20,000 nucleotides of DNA. Origin: an uncultured Candidatus Sumerlaeota bacterium (GTDB lineage: Bacteria; CAYMEV01). Location of the stretch: contig CAYMEV010000009.1 of the NCBI GenBank assembly GCA_964389675.1, positions 108,310 to 128,309 of the forward strand, given 5' to 3'. The notes beneath the pieces are model-generated. The model was given only the letters and a program-made list of their open reading frames with translations, had not been told where the DNA came from and made no database searches. Of the stretch, positions 1-8,101 are shown piece by piece; position 1 is the first letter of the stretch; every line of letters begins with the position of its first letter. Made by a program: the position numbers and the translations under genes.

Positions 1-814
1 ATGCCCCTGCTCCCTCCTTTATATGTATATCGAAGCTGAAATTGCTTCCAAGTATATTTTCACCAAGAAAACCTCTCTCTTCTGAGTCCTTTATTGCCTT
101 TTTAAGCCTGGCGACAGCTTTGGGATATTCAGCCCTGATATATATATAGCCTTCATCAGCACCAATTGCATAGGCACAGATTGTCATACCCTCGAGAATG
201 CTGTGCGGGTCCCCCTCCAGTGTGCTTCTGTCCATGAAAGCACCAGGATCGCCTTCATCAGCATTACATATAACATATTTTTTATCTCCCCTGTTCTTCC
301 TGGCAAAGCTCCACTTAAGCCCGGTAGGGAATCCTCCACCTCCCCTTCCCCTGAGGCCTGATTCCTTGATCTCATTAATGACATCATCATATGACATGCT
401 GCCTAATACCTTTTTCAACGCCTGATAGCCTTTATCATGAATATATTCATCAATTGATTCAGGGTCTATAACGCCTGACCTTCTCAGGACAATCTTTACC
501 TGCTTTTTAAAAAAGCTGTCATGACTGGTTTCCATTCTATCAGAATGCACAATAAACTCTGTGACAGGAACATTATCAACCAGGTGGCTCTGAATAATTT
601 TGTCCAGTTTTTTTTCGTCAAGATTACCGTATATATAGTCTCCCTGATCATCAATAATCTCGACTAATGGCTCATTATAGCACATGCCTATACAGCCGGT
701 ATGCATCAGATCAATCTTACCTTCCTTTATCAACGGGTGCATTGACAGTTTTTCGTATAATACGCCTGCCCCTGCAGATACTCCGCAGCTTGACAAACCA
801 ACTTTAATTTTCAT
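1..814 (-). CDS. nuoF: NuoF/HydB-type NADH-binding flavoprotein subunit with N-terminal thioredoxin-like [2Fe-2S] domain; 3' end runs off the window
   Basis: Not in the ORF track because it is truncated. Manual translation from ATG at 814 gives MKIKVGLSSCGVSAGAG...TGCIGMCYNEPLVEI...SGLRGRGGGGFPTGLKW...YVICNADEGDPGAFMDRSTLEGDPH...YIYIRAEYP...HIKEGAGA, with canonical NuoF FMN/NADH motifs. Start overlaps the nuoE stop by 11 nt. Confidence 0.95.
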   Translation of the reverse strand, partial: MKIKVGLSSCGVSAGAGVLYEKLSMHPLIKEGKIDLMHTGCIGMCYNEPLVEIIDDQGDYIYGNLDEKKLDKIIQSHLVDNVPVTEFIVHSDRMETSHDSFFKKQVKIVLRRSGVIDPESIDEYIHDKGYQALKKVLGSMSYDDVINEIKESGLRGRGGGGFPTGLKWSFARKNRGDKKYVICNADEGDPGAFMDRSTLEGDPHSILEGMTICAYAIGADEGYIYIRAEYPKAVARLKKAIKDSEERGFLGENILGSNFSFDIHIKEGAGA

Positions 815-1310
815 TTTTATCACCTGCCTCTTTTTCTTCCTGCTTATAATAGCTGTCTATTATCTTTTTCAGCTGCTTTGGGGTAAGCCTGCCGTAGGTC
901 CTGTCATTTATCATGATCACAGGTGCAAGTGAGCAACACCCCAGACATGCTACAGTAAGAAGAGTGAACATTCCATCCTCAGTTGTCTGGCCGTCTTTGA
1001 TATTCAGTATGCTTACCAGTTCATCGTAAATCTGCTCTGAATTGTTAATATGGCAGGCTGTCCCGTCGCAGAGCCTGATCACGTTTCTGCCAAGTGGGAT
1101 AAGCCTGAACTGGCTGTAGAAAGTTATCACTCCATATATGTGGCTTCTGGATACCTTAGTCCAGAGAGATATCTCGTCAATAGCCTTTTCAGGTATATAC
1201 GAGAATTTTTCCTGAATATACTGTAGAAGAGGGATGACTGACCGTGGACTGCCTTCAAAACCTGCTTTCTGCACATAATCAGCTATATTTGCCGATATTT
1301 CCTGTTCCAT
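804..1310 (-). CDS. nuoE: NuoE/HydC-type [2Fe-2S] subunit (24 kDa-like)
   Basis: LIPLLQ-like IPLLQYIQ, GVITFYSQF, CDGTAC and CLGCCSLAP motifs. SD GGAGG upstream. Confidence 0.95.
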   Translation of the reverse strand: MEQEISANIADYVQKAGFEGSPRSVIPLLQYIQEKFSYIPEKAIDEISLWTKVSRSHIYGVITFYSQFRLIPLGRNVIRLCDGTACHINNSEQIYDELVSILNIKDGQTTEDGMFTLLTVACLGCCSLAPVIMINDRTYGRLTPKQLKKIIDSYYKQEEKEAGDKNEN

Positions 1311-1356
1311 AGCATAAAACCTCCTGCAAAATTTAGCAAAGCCTTTGTCTGACTAG

Positions 1357-1394
1357 GTTATAGAATTTTATAACATTTTTTTGATATATTTCAA
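1357..1394 (-). promoter_or_regulatory. Candidate sigma70 promoter of the nuoEF-like operon with an overlapping palindromic operator
   Basis: Minus strand TTGAAA (1394-1389), N16, then TGt-extended TATAAA (1372-1367). An 18-bp near-palindrome GTTATAGAATTTTATAAC lies at 1357-1374. Confidence 0.45.
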
Positions 1395-2674
1395 AAATAA
1401 ATCATGGAGATAATTTCAAAGAGCTTATTTTTGATGCTGATTTTCGAGCTTTTCATCAACCTGTCTAATTCGCCTATACTGAGTATTATGTTTTTGAGTT
1501 TACTGCTTTTATGCCGCGCTGCCCAGATAAATACCTGATAAGCCCTGTAGGGATGAGAAGCAAGTATGTTTAAGCTTCTGTTCTGTACCCAGGAATCCTC
1601 TTTTTTCAGCTGTTCTACAAGATATTCATAGGTTTTTGATTTAAAAACATTATATCCTTTTTTTTCAATATCCTTCAGATTGTACCTATTAATAAGCTCT
1701 TTCGCAAAAATGGCGTGGTGCAGATGAGAGACCATCTGCGGCAAAAGTATGAAAATGAAACTATCTATGTCGATTCCGTCAATAAGTACATTTCCCTGCA
1801 TTATATCAGTAACTATACCGTATGCAGTATTTAAATCAGAATCAAATATCTCATTAATAACATAGAATATATCAACAGTTGACTCTTTTTTAACAATTTC
1901 AGCAACCGCCTGCTCATTGATCAGGCGGTCCTTTAACAGAGACCTTAGCTTTACCAGCTCGTTCTTTATTGCATCAATCTTATTTGATGTAAATTCACAA
2001 AGCAGGGACACAGCTTCGTCTGTAATCCTTATGTTTTCCTTGTCTGCATATTCTATGATAAAGCTTTTTACTGAGGGAGACACAGTCTGGTATCCATAAG
2101 CCTTTTTCCCTCTGATCAGATTGATGCATGTACAGCAAGCAGACATGTCCCTCATTTTTGCCTTATTGTCTTTTCCAGATATGAGTATGAACAGTAGATT
2201 ATGATCACTGGAATGCTCATGCAGGAATTTTTCGATATCTACAGAAACATCTGACATATCTAAATCCAGAAGGTTCAGTAGCTTTTCTCTTTTTGAGAAT
2301 ACAGCAATGCCGTCAAGGCCAAGCTGTTTGTATGTGTTTTTATCCATCCTGTTTACTGCATTATCGATAAAATCATCCAGGTCTGAATCTGCAGTCAGCT
2401 TCTCTATGAATTTCAAAGCCCCAGCAGGGTTTTTATCCATGTTTATGCCTTTTGATACCCTTTCCTTGTCCTCAGCAAAAAGGTTCTCTATAATAAATGC
2501 CCTTTTTATTCTTATCAGAGGATTTGAAGAGATGGCAAAAAGGAGGCTTTTTATACCTGTTTTAGTAATATCATATTCAAGTATCTGCTTTACATCAGGA
2601 TACATTGATTCAATCTTATTTTTAAGCAATTCAATGCTGTCTGTTTCAACAATGTGGATAAAGCTATTCTTCAT
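1391..2674 (-). CDS. holA: DNA polymerase III subunit delta (long form)
   Basis: Central and C-terminal HolA pattern: ITDEAVSLLCEF...IKNELVKL, DIFYVINEI, HPYRAYQV, LDRLMKSS. At 427 aa it is longer than a typical HolA. Confidence 0.75.
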   Translation of the reverse strand: MKNSFIHIVETDSIELLKNKIESMYPDVKQILEYDITKTGIKSLLFAISSNPLIRIKRAFIIENLFAEDKERVSKGINMDKNPAGALKFIEKLTADSDLDDFIDNAVNRMDKNTYKQLGLDGIAVFSKREKLLNLLDLDMSDVSVDIEKFLHEHSSDHNLLFILISGKDNKAKMRDMSACCTCINLIRGKKAYGYQTVSPSVKSFIIEYADKENIRITDEAVSLLCEFTSNKIDAIKNELVKLRSLLKDRLINEQAVAEIVKKESTVDIFYVINEIFDSDLNTAYGIVTDIMQGNVLIDGIDIDSFIFILLPQMVSHLHHAIFAKELINRYNLKDIEKKGYNVFKSKTYEYLVEQLKKEDSWVQNRSLNILASHPYRAYQVFIWAARHKSSKLKNIILSIGELDRLMKSSKISIKNKLFEIISMIYF

Positions 2675-3668
2675 CTTGTATTTTTCTGATTTCTTTCAGC
2701 TTCAGGTTCTCCTTGTTAAAGAAAATGAATCCTACAAGAATCATGGGAAGCATCTGGCTTATATGCAGTACTATGGCAAATGATCCGATGCTTGACAGAT
2801 TTTTTGAATATACCTTCAATGCATATTTTGCTGCTGCATGATAGGGGCCTATATAGCCCGGGCTTGAAGGGAGGGTTATGCCAATAGCAACGAGAATAAC
2901 TGTGAGCATTGCAGCCCTTAAAGGCAGCCCTTTAAGGTCCTCAAAACAGAAAAATGCATAATAAGCATTGAATATTACAGGTACCCAGATCAAAAAAGAA
3001 AGCAGTATCAGCCTCAGGAGGAATATGGGCTTTTTTATTGAATGGGAAGCCTCCAGAAATCTTTTTAAAATACTTTCAGCTTTTTCCTTTCCATGGTCAT
3101 TCAAAAAGAATAATATCTTCCTGAAGATACGGCAGAACAGATCTTCTTTAATAAGGATTATAAAGAAAACCACAAAGGGCAGTGTTGCAAGCACGGAACC
3201 GAACATCAGGGTCTTCTGGAGCTCAGGGGACATGGAATCGTTTTTAATTAAGGTTATAATGAAGAATAATATAAAGATGACCAGCATGAAGAAAAGATCA
3301 AGTATCCTTTCCAGGAAAACAAGGCCTATCGATGTTGAAAATGTGGCCTTTGTCTTATCATTGATGGTCCGCGCTTTCAATACCTCACCCAGCCTTGCCG
3401 GCAGGACTCCGTTTCCGAAATAGCCTATCATTATCGCAGAAAAGGCATCCCAGAAATGCAGATTCACCTTTTTCTGAGCCATGACCTTAAACCTGTAAGC
3501 CCTGAAAAAAAGGCTTGCCCACAATGCTATCTGTGAAGGGATAAGCCACCAGTAATTTGCTTTTTTCAGCGCATCTTTGATCTCTCCGAAATCCATATTG
3601 TAAAATGTAATATAAAGAAAGATGGCGCTGATAAGAAGCCCTATAATAAGCTTAATATTCTTTCTCAT
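2664..3668 (-). CDS. UPF0104 / lysylphosphatidylglycerol synthase TM-region (flippase-like) membrane protein
   Basis: Multiple TM helices. Motifs RAYRF, IGYFGNGVLPARLGEVLKA, ERILD and LPSSPGYIGPYH. Confidence 0.9.
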   Translation of the reverse strand: MRKNIKLIIGLLISAIFLYITFYNMDFGEIKDALKKANYWWLIPSQIALWASLFFRAYRFKVMAQKKVNLHFWDAFSAIMIGYFGNGVLPARLGEVLKARTINDKTKATFSTSIGLVFLERILDLFFMLVIFILFFIITLIKNDSMSPELQKTLMFGSVLATLPFVVFFIILIKEDLFCRIFRKILFFLNDHGKEKAESILKRFLEASHSIKKPIFLLRLILLSFLIWVPVIFNAYYAFFCFEDLKGLPLRAAMLTVILVAIGITLPSSPGYIGPYHAAAKYALKVYSKNLSSIGSFAIVLHISQMLPMILVGFIFFNKENLKLKEIRKIQDEE

Positions 3669-5050
3669 GTTGCAAAGATCTTTTCGGGATTCATTATGCC
3701 CTTAGGGTCAAATATCCCTTTTATTTGTCTCATTATTGATATTTCTTTTTCATTATACTGATACTTCAGGAAATCTCTCTTTGTGATTCCGATTCCGTGT
3801 TCTCCTGATATGCTTCCATCAATGCTGATCACATAATTGAATATTTCTTCCAGGCATTTTTCAGCCCTCTTGTTTTCCTCTTCCGAATCCTGCTTCAGTA
3901 TCAGGTTCGCATGTATGTTGCCATCCCCGAAATGCCCGAAATTAACAATGTCTATATCATGCTTTGATGCAATCTCATATATCCTGTCAATAGCATCGGG
4001 TATCTGTGATATGGGAACTACAATATCCTCATTTATCTTCCTTTTGCCAAGTTTGACGATTGCAGGTGAAACAGACCTTCTCAGCGCCCAGATTTCATCC
4101 TCGGAAATTCTTTCGTCAGGGAAGATTATGTCCAGCATGTCTTTCCTGTCAATTAGATTGAATATCCTTTCTTCCTGATGGAGAATGGAGCTCTTGTCAC
4201 CATCCCATTCCAGCAGAATGCACGCATCTACATTATCATTATCAGCGATATTAAAATTGCCCGGCTTTTTTGCAAACTGGAATGCCTTTTTATCCATAAA
4301 TTCAAGGCAGGAAGGGATTATGCCTGCTGATCTTATTGCAGTTACAGCCCTTGCTGCCTGTCTTTTATCATTGAAAAGGATAAGGCATATTCTCTTTGCT
4401 TCCGGCAGGGGAATAAGTTTTAGGCAAATTTTTGTAACAACTCCAAATGTACCTTCTGAACCGGTAATCAGGGATGTCAGATCATAACCGGCAACATTCT
4501 TTATTGTTTTTGAACCTGCTTTTATCAGTATTCCGCCGGGAAGAACAAGGTTGAGACCAAGGATATATTCTTTGGTGGTCCCATATTTCACAGCCCTGGG
4601 GCCTCCCGCGTTTTCAGCAACATTTCCACCAATTGTTGAAAATTCCATGCTTGCAGGATCAACAGGGTAAAAGTAGCCAAATTGCCGTGCATACCTGTTT
4701 ATATCAGCTGTTATGACTCCCGGTTCCAGTTCCATAAGAGAAGAATCCCTGTCAAAACCTATAATTCTGTTCATCCTGGAAAGGCATAAGAGAATTCCGC
4801 CACGGAGAGGCACACTGCCACCGGTAAAGCCTGCTCCGCTTCCCCTCGGGGTGACAGGGATCATATTATCATCTGCATATCTTAGAATCCCGGCCACATG
4901 TTCTTCTGTTTCCGGAAATACAACATATTCAGGGGGGCTTTCAATTCCTGTAGCATCATAACTGAATGTTTTTTTATACAAAGGGTCCGTTTTGACATTA
5001 TCCTTGGAAACAATACTACATAAATCCCTATAGATCTTATTTGATTTCAT
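3665..5050 (-). CDS. FAD-linked oxidoreductase, GlcD / D-2-hydroxyacid dehydrogenase family
   Basis: PRGSGAGFTGGSVP, DPAS...STIGGNVAENAGGPRAVKYG, GHFGDGNIH, GSISGEHGIG and C-terminal DPKGIMNP. Confidence 0.92.
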   Translation of the reverse strand: MKSNKIYRDLCSIVSKDNVKTDPLYKKTFSYDATGIESPPEYVVFPETEEHVAGILRYADDNMIPVTPRGSGAGFTGGSVPLRGGILLCLSRMNRIIGFDRDSSLMELEPGVITADINRYARQFGYFYPVDPASMEFSTIGGNVAENAGGPRAVKYGTTKEYILGLNLVLPGGILIKAGSKTIKNVAGYDLTSLITGSEGTFGVVTKICLKLIPLPEAKRICLILFNDKRQAARAVTAIRSAGIIPSCLEFMDKKAFQFAKKPGNFNIADNDNVDACILLEWDGDKSSILHQEERIFNLIDRKDMLDIIFPDERISEDEIWALRRSVSPAIVKLGKRKINEDIVVPISQIPDAIDRIYEIASKHDIDIVNFGHFGDGNIHANLILKQDSEEENKRAEKCLEEIFNYVISIDGSISGEHGIGITKRDFLKYQYNEKEISIMRQIKGIFDPKGIMNPEKIFAT

Positions 5051-6233
5051 TTAAGAACGATCTGACCCTTTCCATTCCCTTCTCTATGGTATTCATATCT
5101 GTTGCATAGCTGAATCTGATATGATTATCCATACCGAAGGCAGCACCAGGAATAGCAGCGACCCCGCTGCTGTCCAGTAGAACAGATGCAAATATTTCTG
5201 AACGCTCATTTGCGGGTTTTATACCCAGTCTGTCAAAATAGTAAGAGAAATCCGGAAAAACATAGAATGCAGCCTTCGGCCTTTTCAGTTTCACATTCTT
5301 ATCGGAGCTCAGGCTGTCGTATATATAATTCCTCCTCTTTATATACTGAGTTTTCCATTCATCAAGAAAATCAAAATCCCCTGTGATAGCACTCAGTGCA
5401 GCCTTCTGTGCAAAGGATGTCGGGTTACTCAGTATCTGTCCCTGAACCTTGTTTCCGGCATTTATTATCTCCGCTTCCGCGATGGCATATCCGATTCTCC
5501 ATCCGGTCATGGAGAATGTTTTGGAAAAACTGTCGATTATAATGCTCTTTTCCTTTATTTCTTCTGAAAGAGAGGCGATGGATATATGCTCCAGGCCATC
5601 ATAGATCAGCTCGCAATAGGTTTCATCGGATATTACATATAGATCATTCCTCAAAGCTATGTCTGCTATCCTGCACAGCTCATTGTAGGTAATAAGCTCT
5701 CCAGTTGGATTAGATGGCGAATTAATAATTATTGCCTTGGTATTCTTATTTATCTTGGACACAAGGTCATCAAAGTCTATTTCAAAACCATTTTCAGCCC
5801 TGCTCTCTACATAAACAGGCTTGCCTTTTACCAGATTCACAATAGGAGGGTAAGAAACCCAATATGGCTTTATTATGAGTACCTCGTCACCCTCCTGGAT
5901 CAATGTAAAAAGCACATTAAATATTGCAGGCTTTGCCCCTGAACTTACCAGAACATTCTTTAACTCATACTCTACATTCTTCTTTCTTTTTGTATAGTCT
6001 GCAATTGCCGACCTGAGTTCCGGTATTCCTGCTGTTGCTGTATACTTCGTAAATCCCTCGTCAAGAGCCCTTTTACATGCTTCTACAATATATTCCGGAG
6101 TTCTGAAATCAGGTTCGCCTACAGTGAATGAGCAGATATCCCTGCCCTTTTTCTTAAGCTCAATTACCTTCGAGTTGATCTTGAGTGTCTCTGATTCCTT
6201 AATATTATTAATCCTTTTTGCTAGTGTAATCAA
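5037..6233 (-). CDS. PLP-dependent class I aminotransferase (aspartate aminotransferase-like)
   Basis: GEPDF, NSPSNPTG, SDETY, SFSKTFSMTGWRIG (PLP Lys) and IRFSYA. TTG start with SD GGAGG in the trxB 3' end. Confidence 0.93.
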   Translation of the reverse strand: MITLAKRINNIKESETLKINSKVIELKKKGRDICSFTVGEPDFRTPEYIVEACKRALDEGFTKYTATAGIPELRSAIADYTKRKKNVEYELKNVLVSSGAKPAIFNVLFTLIQEGDEVLIIKPYWVSYPPIVNLVKGKPVYVESRAENGFEIDFDDLVSKINKNTKAIIINSPSNPTGELITYNELCRIADIALRNDLYVISDETYCELIYDGLEHISIASLSEEIKEKSIIIDSFSKTFSMTGWRIGYAIAEAEIINAGNKVQGQILSNPTSFAQKAALSAITGDFDFLDEWKTQYIKRRNYIYDSLSSDKNVKLKRPKAAFYVFPDFSYYFDRLGIKPANERSEIFASVLLDSSGVAAIPGAAFGMDNHIRFSYATDMNTIEKGMERVRSFLNEIK

Positions 6234-6237
6234 TTAA

Positions 6238-7155
6238 TTACCTCCTGATGCTTTCTAAATACTTTATGGTGTCCAATGCTGCCATGCATCCGGTACCAGC
6301 AGCTGTAATAGCCTGTTTGTACACCGGATCAGCAACATCCCCGCATGCAAAAACCCCTTTGATATTAGTCTTTGTATAATTGCCTGTCCTTACATAGCCA
6401 TTATCATCAAGTTCTACCTGCCCTTTGAATACTTCAGTATTAGGGTTATGCCCTATCGCAACGAATAGACCGTCAAAATCCAAAATTCTGCTTTTATCTG
6501 TTTTTGTATCCCTTATTCGAGCACCTGTTACAAAATTCTCCCCTAAAACCTCATCGACAACGGAATTCCACTGTATATCAATCCTGTCTTCATTAAAAAC
6601 CCTCTCTGCCATTATTTTACTTGCCCTGAGCTGATCACGCCTGTGTATCAGGTAAACCTTCTCTGCAAACCTTGTAAGATAAAGAGCTTCTTCACAGGCG
6701 GTATCTCCGCCTCCTACCACTCCGACAACTTTTCCTTTATAGAATGGGGCATCACAGGTTGCGCATGAGGTAACCCCTCTGCCTATAAACTTTTTTTCAG
6801 AATCCAGGCCCATCCATTTTGACGAAGACCCTGTAGCAATAATCAAGGATCTTGTTTCAATAATCCTGTCATCAACCAAAACTGTAAAAGGATCTGCAAA
6901 TAGATTGACTGCCTGAACATCACTTGTTATGAAACGTGCATTGAACTTTAAGGATTGCTTCCTTATATTCTCAATAAGCTTTGGCCCATCTATCCCATTT
7001 GGGAAGCCAGGGAAATTTTCAACAGTTGTGGTTATAACAAGTTGTCCCCCAGCACTTAATCCCTCAATGATCAATGGATTAAATCCGGCTCTTGCAGTAT
7101 ATAGCCCGGCAGTCAGGCCTGCAGGCCCCCCTCCGATTATAATTACTTCTTCCAT
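6238..7155 (-). CDS. trxB: Thioredoxin-disulfide reductase
   Basis: IIGGGPAG, ENFPGF, CATCD active site, GGGDTA NADPH motif, HRRD and FACGDV...QAITAAG. Confidence 0.97.
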   Translation of the reverse strand: MEEVIIIGGGPAGLTAGLYTARAGFNPLIIEGLSAGGQLVITTTVENFPGFPNGIDGPKLIENIRKQSLKFNARFITSDVQAVNLFADPFTVLVDDRIIETRSLIIATGSSSKWMGLDSEKKFIGRGVTSCATCDAPFYKGKVVGVVGGGDTACEEALYLTRFAEKVYLIHRRDQLRASKIMAERVFNEDRIDIQWNSVVDEVLGENFVTGARIRDTKTDKSRILDFDGLFVAIGHNPNTEVFKGQVELDDNGYVRTGNYTKTNIKGVFACGDVADPVYKQAITAAGTGCMAALDTIKYLESIRR

Positions 7156-7194
7156 CAGGCAATCTCCTTTATCTTAATAAAACAGCTGTTTTGG

Positions 7195-8094
7195 TTATAT
7201 CTTAAAAAGCTTTTCAAAATGATTCTTAATATTAGAATTTTTATCTACCTTTAATGATATATTATCCTTTGTCCCTGACATAATTGGGGTTACACCAGGG
7301 CCATGGCCTGATATTCTCGAGTCTCCATGTATTACCACTCCAATGCTGACAGAACCTTTATTGTATCCAAAACCCTGTTTGCAGTTCTGGTCCATTAATG
7401 CAACTATATTGCCGAACCTGAGGTCCTTAAAATCCTCTCTTACCTCACCATTATGCGAAGTTGTCTGTATATCGTAATCCCCGACATTTGTATGTCCTGT
7501 TCCTATACCGGAACCCATAAGCTCAGGAGGTACTATATGAGTGACAGGGACCTCAATTCCTCCATCCTTTTCCTCTATACCCAATGAAAGGAAAAGATCC
7601 GGGTCAACCTTCTGCAGCTTTATATCCGGATAATCAATAAGCCTGAGGCCAATACCGTAGGAATATATGGCAATCTTATCACCGATAATAAGGTGCCTGA
7701 TTATATCCTCATCAAAATATACGTGTATGTCATCAATTCCTGCATGATTACCGGTTACAATACCCTTTTTTCCTTTAAGCTTCAATTCATCATTGTCCAG
7801 CGCAGCTGAAACAATTACCGCCCTGTTCCCAATACACGGAAGCACATTAAGAGGAAGCTGTATGTCTTTTTCCTTCGACCTGAGCGATACTCCAGGTTCC
7901 AGGTGGTCAACCCCTTCCCATCCGTAAACATTATCTCCGGTTTTTACATTATATATGACTCCGCCAAGGCCATTTGCAAGGCTCTGTTTTCCTTGAAAAT
8001 CTATTACATCGAGGCTGCGTCCCATTGTATAAGGCGCACATATATCACCTGTTACTGATACCCTGACCAATCGTTCTGCATTAATTCTTAACAT
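7195..8094 (-). CDS. Conserved protein of unknown function, DUF4438-like
   Basis: Recognised family motifs: GGVIYNVKTGD, DHLEPGVS, CIGNRA, MGSGIG, GDYDI, DLRFGNIVA and HGDS..GHGPGVT. Confidence 0.8.
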   Translation of the reverse strand: MLRINAERLVRVSVTGDICAPYTMGRSLDVIDFQGKQSLANGLGGVIYNVKTGDNVYGWEGVDHLEPGVSLRSKEKDIQLPLNVLPCIGNRAVIVSAALDNDELKLKGKKGIVTGNHAGIDDIHVYFDEDIIRHLIIGDKIAIYSYGIGLRLIDYPDIKLQKVDPDLFLSLGIEEKDGGIEVPVTHIVPPELMGSGIGTGHTNVGDYDIQTTSHNGEVREDFKDLRFGNIVALMDQNCKQGFGYNKGSVSIGVVIHGDSRISGHGPGVTPIMSGTKDNISLKVDKNSNIKNHFEKLFKI

Positions 8095-8101
8095 TGCTGA
8101 T

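Noticed and set aside
1330-1376. Rex box upstream of the nuoEF-like operon
   Set aside because: Plausible biologically, but the palindrome does not match TTGTGAA/TTGTTAA-N4 half-site geometry.
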